NCBI GenBank assembly: GCA_001724265.1
Contig: MEDY01000310.1
Coordinates: 1 to 37,296 of the forward strand
Length of the DNA stretch: 37,296 nucleotides
Direction of reading: 5' to 3'
From: Rhizaria sp. SCN 62-66
Taxonomy: Eukaryota
Shown here: positions 19,401 to 31,854 of the stretch, piece by piece
Numbering within the stretch: the first letter of the stretch is position 1
Layout of the letters: every line of letters begins with the position of its first letter
Translations under genes and position numbers: made by a program
Notes under the pieces: model-generated
Told to the model about the DNA's origin: nothing
Seen by the model: only the letters and a program-made list of their open reading frames with translations
Database searches by the model: none

Positions 19401-22400
19401 ATGCCTCCAGGTACGTTATTTGTTCAGCACCTATTAAGACCACGATTTGGCCTGTATAGTCGTCTTATTTTCTTCCAAAAAGAGCCTTTTTTGATGACCC
19501 GCTCTGTTTTGTACCTACTCTCCCGCCCGCACAGCTCGCGCGCCCCCCCAGGGCACCGTGTATCGCATTCTGCGAAAGATAGTATGCTCAAACGTTGACT
19601 GCCAGTGCTGCCTCGCCTTCGAGGACATCACAGGCGCTCGTATCAATGCCAAGGTACGCTATAGTGCTTCTGAAATTGCACAGTAGCCTCCGTTTAATCT
19701 AATCCACATGCCTTTTCTCCTTTTAGTTCCGCTTTAACCGCGATATATCCCCGTTTCGCGTCGCACACTGTCACGCCCACTCACCTCTCCTGTTCCATCC
19801 AACCTCTGTGTTCTCGGCCTCTCTCGCCCTCATCCTTGTCGTCTTTGCTCTCCGGGCCCATCCGCCCGCGTGCAGAACAACTACACGAGCTTTTCGATCC
19901 GCTGCCCCACGTGCAACACGTCGACCTCGACGACGACGATGTACATGGAGCGCATCATGGAGGCCAACCCCAAGGCCGCGGCGGCGATGAAGGACAACAA
20001 CGCTGCCTTCGATGGGCTCGTCGCCGCCCCCGTCGCGCCCGGCATGTCGGCCCTGCAGCAGGAGATGGAGTTCGTGTCGCTGCCGAAGCGCTGCTCGTGC
20101 TCGGGCTCGATCGACCGCGGACGCATGGTCACCTGTTCCCACGACCTGCCGCCCGACGAGACGCGCCCGCCGCACTGCACGTCGGACGCGCTGCGCCACA
20201 TTTGCCTCACGTGCGACCGGCGCTTCTGCGATGCGTGCTTCACCAACTACCACGAGAACCCCGAGTTCGAGATGTGTCTGCACGTGCCGTACGCGCACTT
20301 CTTGTGGATGCAGCGCATCTTCCTCATCGTCGCCAAGCGCGACGCGAGCGAACAGGTCCGTTGCTCCGTGCTGGCCGAGGCCGGCAGCCGCACCAACAAC
20401 GAGCTGGGTCGCACCATCCAGCGCCTCATGATCAAGGAGATGACTCAACTCGGCCGCGCCCACACCATCTCGCTGCCCGACCTGGCGCTGCTGTACGCCT
20501 ACGACCTGCGCCGCGTGCGGCTAAGCACTGATACCGAGTCCGAGAAGATCATCGAGGACTTCCACCGTATGGGTTGCTGCTCGCGCTGCTTATACGACAC
20601 GGAGCTCTGGTGCCGCTTCTCGCGCCACACGTCGCGTTTCCCGCTGTGCCGCACCATCATCGGCTCCGTCGAGGCCGTCCACGGCGGCAGCATGGCCAAC
20701 TACTTCAGATCCTTCCGCTGGTTCCTGTTGCTCAACCTCGCGCTGTCGATCATCCTTTTTGTCTTCATCCTGCTGCCCGCCATCTACGACGGGCCCAAGT
20801 CCATCGACGCGCGCGCGCTGTTACTCGGCGACGGCGCCGCCAACTCGGTCTTCTTCTACGGCGGCTACGTGTCCATCTACGACTTCGGCTGGCACATGGA
20901 CACCGGATGGGTGCTTATCCTCGCCGCGATCCTTTTCTTCTCGCTCTTCTTCATCGTCTTCTCCTTCGACTCTGAGGCCATTGCGCAGACCGAAGACTCG
21001 TCCATCTCTTCGGAGCACCCCTTCACCGCCGTGCTGGGCTCCATCAACTACAATGAGCGCGACCCCGCGAGACTCAACCAGGTGCGTCGCTGGCAGATCA
21101 CTGCAGAAATCTCTGCCAAGTTGACATTTTTTAATGGAAAAGTGCATCTATATAGAGTTTTTTTTATAATTCATTTCGATGTTATTTGTTTTTATTCTCC
21201 TAAACTCACATCTATGCTCTCTATTCTCATATGGCTAACTTTTCCGACAGGAGATCCACGCGCTGGCGACGCGGCTGGACATCCTTGGCATGACGCACCT
21301 GTGGGTTGCGCAGACGCGCGTGAACGAGCGCACGCGGCCCTGCTGCACGGGCCCCTGCGACCCCTGGTACGTGTGGTTTCTCATCTCCATGTCCTGGATC
21401 GGCGGCGGCACCGCGCTCGTGTGGTTTGCCGCAGACTGGCTCGACCCTGTCGACGGGAAAATCGCGCAATACGCGGCCGACGTGGACCCGCGGCTGTGGC
21501 AGTACGCGTCCGTGCTGTTCCCGCTTGCCGTCGCGCTGCTCAAGTTCATAATGCCGCCCTTCATCCGCTGCTGCGTCGTCCGTGAGTTCTCGCCCTTCTA
21601 CTACAAGGCCGACCACGTGCGCGCCGCCTACTTCTTCCGCCTCTTCCTGCAGCGCATGGCCGTCGCCGCCATGGTCATGTACATCTTCCTCACGCAAGCC
21701 ACGCCCGCCTTCACGCCCTCGGCCACCAACGCCATGGCGGCCGCCGCGGGTGCCGCGGGCTGCGCATGCCCGCCGGGCGCGACTTGCGCGACGACGGCTG
21801 ACTGGCAGTGCCCGTGCCAACAAACCGAGATCGGCATCCGGCTATACCGCTTCGTCGTCATCGACCTGGCGTGGTCCTTCATCCTCGCCATCCTCTGGTC
21901 GCCGTTCAAGTACTGCCTGCGCTCGTGCTGCGTGCGCTGCGGCTGCGGCAACTGCGTCGACTCGAGCCACCGCTACACCTTCAACCGCGACGTCGACTAC
22001 GCTTTGAAGAACAGCATCACGCAGCGCATGCGCGAGCAGCGGAACCGGAACGAGTTCGACCCGCTCGAGAACATGCTGGACCTCGTCTACCGGCAGGCGT
22101 TCATCTGGTCGGGGATGATTTACTCGCCCATGATCCCCGTCGTCGGCTTTATCTGCTCGCTCTTCCTGTTCATGTTCAAGCACATGGAGGTCACTCTGTG
22201 CTCACGCCGCAGCTGGATGTCGCAGTTGCCCGCGACCACGCAGGAGGTATACTTGCTCTTCGCGCTGCTCGCCTCGGCCATCCTGGCCTTCTTCCCGCTC
22301 TCCTTCTTCATCTCCTCCTCCACGGTCTGTGGGCCCTTCTGGTGGTCGCACGTCGAGGGCATGAGCATCTGGGAGGCGTGGTTCCAGATCACGCAGGGGC

Positions 22401-22627
22401 TCCCCGGGTGGATCCGCGTCATCTTCGACTACCTCACCAACACCATGATCCTCTGGATGCTCATCATCATGGGGCTCATTTACATCCTCACCATGTCGCG
22501 CCAGGTCGCCATGATGCTCGAGCGCCACGATTTCCTCCGCGTGCAGATCCGCCTCGAGTCGCGCGAGCGCATGCGCAAGCAGCGCGAGGTCGAGTACCTC
22601 AACATCGGCCGCAACAAGAACAACTAA
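19401..22627 (+). CDS. Transmembrane channel-like (TMC) protein with Cys-rich N-terminus; exons 19401..19410, 19535..19653, 19876..21081 and 21251..22627
   Basis: TMC hallmarks IGSVEAVHGGSMANYFRSFRWFLLLN, FFYGGY, CQQTEIGIRLYRFVVID and EFDPLENMLDLVYRQAFIWSGMIYSP, plus many hydrophobic segments. Three GT-AG introns keep the frame. Stop TAA. Confidence 0.88.
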
Positions 22628-24348
22628 ACTAAACAAACCGCGGCGCAGGCTCGGTCTTGTTGGACGCATTCAAGCGAAACGAAGTTGTTCCTGTGCAGCT
22701 GTCTATGTATGCATATTTCTCTTCTTTTTGTTCCGCTTTTATCAGCGAGCAAAAAGAGTGTGTTTTGCTTGTTATTTTTTGACCTAAACAAGCTCTGTGT
22801 TTGTGTTTGTGTGTGTTCGGTTTGTTTGTCTCTTGCTTTTTGTATATCGTTTCACTTTTTTTAACGATTTTGTTTTTCGTTTTCGATTATTTTTTGAAAG
22901 ATGTAACCTGTGTGTGATATTCTTTGGTATTAGCTTTGTTATGTTTGGCTGTAGTTTAGTTTTCATTCTTGCTTTTTCTACCATTCCTCATCTTTCCTAC
23001 GCCAACTCAATTCTGCAGCTACTGTTGTTGACGCTATCGTTGTCGCCATCAACGTCTTGATCTCTGTTTTCACCCTGCACGCGCTGTCTTCTCGCTAAGG
23101 ACAAGACGTCGAGCAAGGGGGTGTCACTCTCAGTGTTGCCGGTTGCAGCTCCCAGTCAGCTAACCAAAGCTCCAAGCTCAACTGTGCTTTGATATCGTCA
23201 TGATATGTTATTTCATGTTGTACTTTGTTAAGCTTGTCTGACTGTGAATCTTTATTGAAAACCTTCATCAGTATCATTGCCGATACTGTTGATTTGTTGT
23301 CACTGTCACTAGCTCTGTCACAACGACAACTCATCAGGCACGCTGTTGTTGATGTTTGAATGAATCATAACTTATCTCGATTATCATATGCTTTATTTTG
23401 TGTTTCATATATTTTTCGTATTTTTTAGTATGCGCTTTGACCAATTCGTGGATTATCACTAAAATGAACGTGTCGTATCTCGAGCCTCCCTCAAGCACGC
23501 GCATGCGCGAACGCACTGTTTGTTGTTGTGGCTTGCTTGGGTGTTCGAATTCAGTCACTCTCCTCCTTTCTTAAACTCGTCGCTCTTATTGCATTGCGCA
23601 TCACTGTGTCTGTATGAATATACATGTATAGCGCTGTAAATGTGCTGCGCTGCGTTGAACTGTGCTCTATGTGTTGTCTGTCTGTTTGTGTGAGCGAGCC
23701 ACCATTATGTGCTTTTCAGCGAATCACCGGCTCGCACGCTCTTTCAGCTGCACAGTTACAGTCACAGCCACAGTCGTCCAACGCAGCTCGCGTGTGTTGA
23801 TCGCGCGTGTCGCACGCGCTGTATCACCAGCACCGCGCACCGGCGACGCTTGAGCAAGCATGAGCACTACCGTTCCCTCCTTAATTCTTTGCTCCGTCCT
23901 ATCACCAATCCATTTGATAAGACACGATAGTCGTGTGGTACAAAATGGCATACAAAATGATGAAATTCGTCAACTAGAACTGTTTTTTGTCTTATCTGCG
24001 TATCATGCAATTTACCTGCTGTAGCATGGTTGACTGGCCATGGTGGGCCGAAAAAATCTCGGGGTGAAGAAGCTCGCAGCTGGCGCCGGGTCAGAGGCGA
24101 TTACGTTTCGGCTTTTTATACCAAAATGAAATCGTCAATTGTTCTGGGGTGAATATATTCCACATATTTCTGACTTTTCTCTTTGCTTCAATCTTTTACA
24201 CTCTATTAAATGAACCGCACGACCCTGATCAGAACGAAACCCAAGGCCTAGATCGCCCCCTCTCCGTTAACGAAACTGTCTCTCACTATCCTCCTCTAAC
24301 CAACCTCATTTCGTCTCCCCCACGTCCCATCATAACAGGTCTAGCACC

Positions 24349-26565
24349 ATGGCCAGCTTTCAAGGCGAGGTCATTGACAGCGTGCACATGGGCCACGCGG
24401 ATGAGCGTGAGCAGGCCGAGAACGCCCTGCGCTTCGGTGCTCACCGCGATCCCAGCCAGGCCAACGAAGGCTTCCGCAACTTCATCCGCAACTTCAAGGA
24501 CGCATCGGGCCAGTTCATCTACCGCGACCAGCTGTTAGCGAACTTTGAGCAGGGCTCGTACTTCCTCCGCGTCGTGCTCGACGACCTCCACACCTTCGGC
24601 TCGTGGCTCCGCAGCGCGCTGATGGAGAGCCCTGAGGTCTACATGCCGCAGTTCGAGCTCGCGGCGTGCCAGGTCATCGCCACCACGCCCGCCACGCGCC
24701 GCGACATCAAATCCGTGCAGCACATCCAGATTGTGCTGACGGGCCAGGCCGCGCCGACGCCGCTGCGCAACCTCGAGTCAGCGCAGGTCTCCCAGCTCGT
24801 CGCGCTGCAGGGCATCGTCATCGGCGCCACGCGTCCGCGCGTCAAGGCCACGCGCCTCGCCCTGCGCTGCCGCGGCTGTGGCGCCTCCCGCTTTGTTGAG
24901 GCGCGCGGCGGCTTTGGTTCGATCCAGCGCCCGCGCCGCTGCGAGGCCGGGCAGCTGCAGGAGGGCGCGGCGCGGTGCCCGCTTGACCCCTACGAGGACG
25001 TGCCCGAGCACTGCGAGTTCGTTGACACGCAGATGCTCAAGCTGCAGGAGCCGCCGGAGTCTGTGCCGACGAGCGAGATGCCGCGCCACATGACGCTGTC
25101 GTGCGAGCGCTACCTGGTGAACAAGGTGAAGCCGGGCACGCGCGTGACGGTGCTGGGGGTGCACTCGACCTACTCGGCGCGCGTGTCGGACCGCAACATG
25201 AACAACATCAGCGACTCAGGCATCCGCATCCCGTACTTGCGCGTCGTGGGCATCGACCAGAACAGCGAGGCCAACGACATCCTGCTGGGCAAGCTGACGC
25301 CTGAGGACGAGGAAGAGCTGCGTCAGCTCGTCGCGCAGCCAGACATCTACGACAAGATCGCTAACTCGATCGCGCCCGATATCAAGAGCCACGACGACAT
25401 CAAGCGCGCCATCGCGTGCTCGCTCTTTGGCGGCTCGCGTAAGTCACTGCCCGACGGCATGCGGCTCCGTGGTGACATTAACGTGCTACTGCTCGGCGAC
25501 CCCGGTGTGGCCAAGTCCCAGTTCCTCCGCTTTGCGCACGAGGCGGCGCCCATCTCGGTCTACACCTCTGGCAAGGGCTCCTCCGCGGCCGGTCTGACGG
25601 CCTCGGTGGTGCGCGACCCGGGCACGGGCGAGTTCCACCTCGAGGGCGGCGCCATGGTGCTGGCCGACGGCGGCGTCGTCTGCATCGACGAGTTCGACAA
25701 GATGCGCGAGCAGGACCGCGTCGCGATCCACGAGGCTATGGAGCAGCAGACCATCTCCATTGCTAAGGCCGGCATCACAACAATCCTCAACTCGCGCACC
25801 TCGGTCATCGCGGCCGCGAATCCCGTCTTCGGCCGCTACGACGACTACAAGTCCGCGACGGAGAACATCGATTTTCAGGCCACGATTCTGTCGCGTTTCG
25901 ACCTCATCTTCATTATCCGCGATCTTCAGGACTTGCAGCTGGACCAGGCGCTCGCGCAGCACGTGCTCCGCGTGCACAAGCGCGAAGGCAACGCCGCGCC
26001 GCAGCTCGCCGAAGGGATCATTCCTGTGGAGAAGCTCAAGAAGCTCATCGCCTTCGCGCGCCGCAAGGCCCCGCGCCTGACCGAGGACGCGGCCGAGCTG
26101 CTGAGCAACCGGTACGTGCACTTCCGCCGCGAGCTCGAGGAGAAGCGCCGCGCGTCAGCCGACGGCACGGCCTCGGTGATCCCGATGACTGTGCGCCAGC
26201 TCGAGGCTCTGGTGCGTATCTCTGAGTCGCTAGCGCGCATGGAGCTGAGCGACGTGGCCACTGAGGCGCACGTTGAGGAGGCGCTGCGCCTCTTCAAGGT
26301 CGCCACGATGCAGGCCGCGTCGTCGCCCTACGGCGCGGCGCCCGGCACGGCGCAGTTCGAGGACCAGCTGCGCGCGTGCGAGGCCGCGATCAAGGTGCTA
26401 GTGCCCTTCGGCGCCACCACGCGCACGGCCGAGGTGCTGCGCGCGCTCATGAGCCAGCAGAACTTCAGCGAGAGCGTCGCCAAGCGGTGCCTTGAGATTC
26501 TTGTCACCAGGGGCGAATTCAAGTACCGCGAGCAGAAGAAGCAGATCTCGCGCGACAGGAGTTGA
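24349..26565 (+). CDS. MCM5: DNA replication licensing factor MCM5, intronless CDS
   Basis: Motifs RCPLDPY, LKLQEPPESVPTSEMPRH, RGDINVLLLGDPGVAKSQ, LEGGAMVLADGGVVCIDEFDKMREQDRVAIHEAMEQQTISIAKAGITT, TILSRFD and TVRQLE. Stop TGA. Confidence 0.97.
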   Translation: MASFQGEVIDSVHMGHADEREQAENALRFGAHRDPSQANEGFRNFIRNFKDASGQFIYRDQLLANFEQGSYFLRVVLDDLHTFGSWLRSALMESPEVYMPQFELAACQVIATTPATRRDIKSVQHIQIVLTGQAAPTPLRNLESAQVSQLVALQGIVIGATRPRVKATRLALRCRGCGASRFVEARGGFGSIQRPRRCEAGQLQEGAARCPLDPYEDVPEHCEFVDTQMLKLQEPPESVPTSEMPRHMTLSCERYLVNKVKPGTRVTVLGVHSTYSARVSDRNMNNISDSGIRIPYLRVVGIDQNSEANDILLGKLTPEDEEELRQLVAQPDIYDKIANSIAPDIKSHDDIKRAIACSLFGGSRKSLPDGMRLRGDINVLLLGDPGVAKSQFLRFAHEAAPISVYTSGKGSSAAGLTASVVRDPGTGEFHLEGGAMVLADGGVVCIDEFDKMREQDRVAIHEAMEQQTISIAKAGITTILNSRTSVIAAANPVFGRYDDYKSATENIDFQATILSRFDLIFIIRDLQDLQLDQALAQHVLRVHKREGNAAPQLAEGIIPVEKLKKLIAFARRKAPRLTEDAAELLSNRYVHFRRELEEKRRASADGTASVIPMTVRQLEALVRISESLARMELSDVATEAHVEEALRLFKVATMQAASSPYGAAPGTAQFEDQLRACEAAIKVLVPFGATTRTAEVLRALMSQQNFSESVAKRCLEILVTRGEFKYREQKKQISRDRS

Positions 26566-27711
26566 CCAAGTCAGCCTGCAACTCAAAAGCGGTGTAAATG
26601 TCATCGTGCTGCATGTGTACGCGATGATTATGCTCGGGCCTATGATACTTAGTAAGACCAAGTTGGACGATGTCCTCTGTTAGTAAGTGTGTGTCTGTGT
26701 AATAACCAGGCCACCGCTAATCATCGAACGAGCAAACTTTTTAACGAATGTTGCGCGCGCCTGTGAAAGAGCAACTGCTTATGTTTCTCTATTCTTATAA
26801 TACACAATCAAATGTTGAGTCACAACGACAATAAATCAAAAAATGTATTTTTAAACGAAAGAAAATTGCACGTCATAGAGAACTGTGCTTGCTTGTTACG
26901 AAAGAAAAATGAAAGAAAAGCGCTGAACAGCGTTTTTGAGTGCAGTAACCAGCTTGTGTAACACGCATTGCGTAACTGGTAATGACAATAGAGAGACCAC
27001 TTGACTCACTAGTTAGTGTGATTCGGTCGACAGTGTATCCCCACCGCATAGAACATGACACAGCACAGCACATCAGAAGTCGCAGTAAGAATCAGTGCAA
27101 CAGTAAAGCTATGTAAGCATCAACAGCAAGCAAGTATATGAACAATAGAAAACCAGGCCGCTCCGTGGCTAGCAAGCGAGGCTAGCGCAACAGGGACAAG
27201 TATCTTTTACTGACATAATCAGTGCAGTGCAAATTGCGTGCTACTACAACAACTACTACTATAACTCTATACAAGACATGCATGTGTGTGATTGTGCGCG
27301 GGGATTAGCGCGTGTTGACGTGAGAGCCACACAGTACCACAACAGGGCGCGCGCCAGCAGACTAGCTGGAGCGAGCAGTGCAAGCGGAAGAATAATAAAA
27401 TAGGCGAGAAAAGCTAGATAAATAACCCTCTTAAAGATAGTCATCGTTTTTTACAGCTTGAATACGTCTTACTGCCAGCTAACCACAATGGATCGCAATG
27501 CAATTCCGAAACAAAAAGCCGCAGAAACAGAAAAGGAAACAGCACACAGTGTGCACGAGTCAGTCACAAGTCACAGTTGACAGTTGTGTCATCCACTCAC
27601 ACCTTCGTCGTCACGTGTGCCGATAGTAGAACGAAACGCAAGTCGGTCGCTGCCGCAGCGCGAGCTCCCCCGAGTCAAGTGTGAGCTCTGCGCGGCCGGG
27701 CCTGGCGTCGC

Positions 27712-30700
27712 TCACTCGGAGTCGTCGGAGTTGGTGCTCGAGTCCCACTCGCCACTGGGCTCCTCGTCGCTCTCGTGCTCCTCCTCAGCCTCCTCGGCGG
27801 CGTCCTCGGCGGCCTTGGCCTCGGCGTCAGTAGCACCCGCGGCGGCGGCGGCGGCGGCGGCGGCAGCAGCCTGCTTGCGCGCGATGCGCTCACGGCGCGC
27901 GAGCTTGCGCTTGACGGAGCCGGAGGAGAAGGCCGACTTGAAGCCCGTCTGCTGGTCAAGCTCGCGCGCGCGGGCCGCAATCTCGGGCTTGGCCTCGTCA
28001 AGCGCGGCGAGCCAGCGCGCCGCCATGTGCTTGCGGCGGCCGCGCGTGAGCGGCCACACATCGTCGAAGTTGGACTCGTTGACGTAGTTCTGCGTGATGG
28101 CAAGCGTGTCATCGAAGTTCCACACAGCGTGCCACCAGTTGCCCGGCACGAAGATGGTCTCGCCGGGGTAGTGCACGGCCTCGTACATGACGTAGTCGGC
28201 GCCCGCCGCGTTGGCCGACGCGATGTACTCGCGCAGCCGCGGCAGGATGTGCGTGAACCAGCCCTGTGGCGACGTCCAGGGGGACGGACCCTCGCCCTTG
28301 TACCGGTGCTCAAAGGCCGAGCCGTTGGCGATAGACGCGGGCACGTTGGGCGAGAGCAGCAGCCAGTACTTGCGGCCGTGCAGCAGCGCGTTCCACGCGT
28401 TGGTGTTGAGCGGGTCCTTGTGCATGAAGGAGCCCGAGCCCTGTGCGCCGATGCACAGCCAGCGCTGCGGCGGACGGCGCGAGAAGGCCACGTGGTCGAG
28501 GAAGTCGGTGGTGAAGAAGTGGGGGCGGGTGTAGTCCTGCTGCATCTCGGTCGCCACGTCGATCACCTCGAGCTGCGACTCAAACAGGTACAGTGGCTGG
28601 TCGTCGCGCTCCGTGTACAAGTACTGCATGAAGTGCTTGAGCTTGGCAGTCAGGCGGTACTCCTGGGGGTCCTTGCCGACCTTGAGGCGGCAGTTCTTGT
28701 ACTTGCCCGTGGACAGCGTGGTGCCCGTGTACTTGTGCATCTCCCAGCCCTCGGTCATGCCCGAGATGAGGCACGGCAGCAGCGCGCGCTCATACGCCGC
28801 CTGGAACTCGCCGTACGACATGTCCTTGTAGTTGAAGCGCGGGATGGGACGGAAGCGCGAGAAGTCCACCGGCGTAATCTCCTTGCTGCGGCCGCGCGGC
28901 ACCGACGCCACAGCGGGCAGCGCCGCGTCGGGCTTGAGCTGCGCCAGCGCCGAGTAGGCCGCCGAGGACTTGGGGAAGACGTAGACGGCCTCGCCGCCCA
29001 TGGGCGTGGCCAGCCCCTGGAGCGCGGCAAAAGCCTCAGGCAGCAGCACCTGCTTGAGCCCCGCGGCGGGCGTCGCGTCCACGGGCCGCGTCACATGCGC
29101 GTCGCCCACGAACGGGTTCACGGGCGCGTCCAGCGGGCCCGCGGCGACGGCGCTGCCCGGCGCGACGCGGCAGTGCGCGGCTTCGACCAACGCGCCCCAG
29201 CGCGCCAGCGCAGCGCGCAGCAGCGGGATCTCGGAGGCGTATGAGAACTTGTCCCAGTCCTTGAGGCCCCAGCGCGGCTCCTTCTTGCGGCGCAGCACGT
29301 TGAAGATGGCGTCGATGTCGCTCTGCTTCGACTGCGGCACGTAATCGCGCAGGAAGGTCCCGTACACGGCGTCGCGCACGGACCCAGGCTGAATAGACGC
29401 GTTTTCAGACTGCACCTCACTTGCGCGGGCGGCGGCGTCGCTGCTCCCCTATGTGTCTGAGTCGGCCTCGGCCGCGGCGGCAGCGGCGGCCGCGGCCTTG
29501 GACTTGGCGGCGTCGGCGGCGTCGACGTCGTCGTCGCTCTACTCGTCGTCGGAAGACGCGTCCGAGTCGGTGGAGCTGTCCTCGTTGCCCGAGAAGCCCT
29601 CCCAGCCCTCGTACGCGAAGGGCTTTTTCTCCGGCTCCGCCGCCCAGTCGCCGTGGTTCAGCGGGTGGTTGCGCGCGCGCTCCTCAGCCGCGGCGCGCTC
29701 CTCGGGCGACATGAGCTCCAGCGGCTTGACTTTTTTGCCGCTCGCGTCGAGGTGCGGGCGCACGAACTTCCACACGAAGCCGTCCTTGGCGTTCATCGCG
29801 TGCGCGGCCGCGGCGGCCTTGGGGAAGCGCTTCTCGAGCATCTTGAGCCAGCGCCAGGCCATGTGCTTGCGCTCGACGCGGATGTCGCGCCACACAAGGG
29901 GGAAGTTGCTCATGTTGACGTAGTTTTGCGTCACGGCGTAGGTGTCGTCGAGGTTGATGACGAAGTGCCACCACGAGCCGGGCACGAAGATGGTCTCGCC
30001 GGGGTACTGGATGAACTCCTGCAGCCCGTACTTGTTCCCGTTGGCCATGATCCACGCGCGCAGCTTCGGGTACACGCGGTCGTACCACCCCACGCCCTCG
30101 TTCTCGATGTCGGGGTCGAGGTCCTCGTCGGCCCAGAACTGCTTGCCCTTGACGATCGCCTCGGGTGTCTCGGGCGGGAACAGGATCCACACCTTGCGGC
30201 CGGCGATGACGGTGTTCCACGCGTTGGTGTTGAGCGGGTCGATGTGCATCGTCGTGCCAGAGCGCTCGGGGCCCAGGCACAGCCAGCGGTGCGGCGGGCG
30301 CCGCTCTGCGCTGCAGTAGTCGAACAGGTCCTTGGAGAACCACGCGGGGCGCGCGTACTCGGCGAAGATCTTGCGGATGTTGGAGTTGGCGTTGAGCTGC
30401 GACTCGAAGAGGTAGACGGGCGAGTCGTCCTTCTGCGTCGCCGCGTACTGCAGGTAGTACTTGGTCTCGAGCCCGATGCGGTAGCCCTCGTCGTCCTTGC
30501 CCACCTTGACGCGCTCGTCGCGCAGGAACGACTGGTTCATCGTCGCGAAGGTCGCCTTATTGATGGGCCACTCGTCGGCGAAGCCGGCGATTAGGCAAGG
30601 CTTGGACGGCTTCTCGTACTTCTCCACGAACCACTCGTACGAGACGTCGCGGAAGTCGAAGCGGTCGACGCCCATAACGCCGTGGTAAGTCGAGCCGGCG

Positions 30701-31026
30701 ACGTGGCACGCCTCGATCTCGTGCAGCACCTTAAGCCACTCGGCGCGCTTGTTGCGGAACGTCTTGACGTAGCCGTACTTGTGCCAGTCAGAGGGGCGCA
30801 TCGAGGACTTGCGGCGCTTGACATCGAGCAACTTGGCCTCCACCACCTCGGGGTCCTGGTCCGGCACGTAGTCGCCCTTGAGCGTGTCGTAGTGGCCGTC
30901 CTTGTCGGGGAAGCGGTGCGGGAAGTCGGCCGGGTTGAGGGCCGCGTTGCGCGCCTTGAGCTTGGCGACGAGCTCCTCGCGCGAGTGCGTCTCGCCCGTG
31001 GTCAGCTCGTACGGGTCGTAGGACAT
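27712..31026 (-). CDS. JMJD6-like JmjC oxygenase with two tandem JmjC modules in one frame (1104 codons if TAG at 29539-29541 and 29449-29451 is read as sense)
   Basis: ORFs 29539..31026 and 27712..29415 are each JMJD6-like (VKVGKDDEG / LKVGKDPQE; DDSPVYLFES; RRPPHRW; SGTTMHIDPLNTNAWN / SGSFMHKDPLNTNAWN; PGETIFVPGxWWH; xTQNYVN). They share a frame and are separated by 123 nt of GC3-biased codons. The second ORF has no ATG before its conserved N-terminus. Final stop TGA. Confidence 0.85.
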
Positions 31027-31854
31027 CTGGGCAGCAAGGGATTAGTGCATGGGTGAAATCAGGGAGGTTAGAAGTGAGGTTGAGGTCGAGAGAAAGAGTG
31101 CGGAAGTGTGGAGGCAGATTCGATGAAAGGAGCAGGCAGCAGAGAGCGAACGAAACTCCGAGTCGATAATAGTGGCACAAACGTGACGGATTCACAAAAA
31201 ACGCCAATAATGCGCAAAATAACACCCATGGGCTGACATGAACGAGTGTAACTTGGACAGGCTTGAAAGCGTCGCGGTGGGCTCGCAGCGAGGTGCGCAG
31301 TGCGGGCAAACCCAAACACACGTGACTTGCAGCGCCAGTGGAGGTTTTGCAGTCAATCGCGCGACAACAAGCGGCATATCAAAAAATAAATTGAATAACA
31401 AAACAAAGACGTAAAATGCGCTTGGTATGCACGCGTCATACCCGCTTCATGGACGATAGAGACCAGATTGACAAGGGCGATAATAGTCCTCGATCGCCTC
31501 GACTCGTCACCGCTCCGGCCGATGCCGGACGACAACAGCGAGAAGCGAGCGATGGCCTGGATTTTTTGCGAACCCTAGGGCTAGGAACCACCTTGGAGTG
31601 ATTTAATTTTGACGATTGAAGAACGGTTCAACCTCGCTAGTTTGCTCGTTAAAGTGTCTGTACACTTGATATATGGTAGAATATTGAGTCTATTTTGACG
31701 CACTTTAATAACATCTCTCCAACTATTGATATTTTCTTGCAGCCACTTCCGCTTAGTCGACCCATTTCCAACAGACGAAGCAACGTGTCGATTCGAACCA
31801 CAGCACACCCTCTGCTCCTGTTCGCAGTCTTCTGCGTAAGCTCTCAGAGCCACC

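Noticed and set aside
22628-24348. Possible hidden gene or box C/D snoRNA (ATGATGA near 23958) between TMC and MCM5
   Set aside because: T-rich UTR-like sequence with no matching D box or terminal stem and no coding bias.
27775-29244. Long antisense or alternate-frame ORFs (also 16391..17845, 33092..34303, 15928..17205 and many others)
   Set aside because: They are shadows of GC-rich, GC3-biased real exons and carry no recognisable motifs.
29441-29542. A 102-nt frame-preserving GT...AG intron that would remove both TAGs in the JMJD6-like linker
   Set aside because: The donor GTAGAG lacks the +5 G seen in the other donors, the segment is GC-rich with coding-like codons, and it has no pyrimidine tract. 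It is not formally excluded without RNA data.
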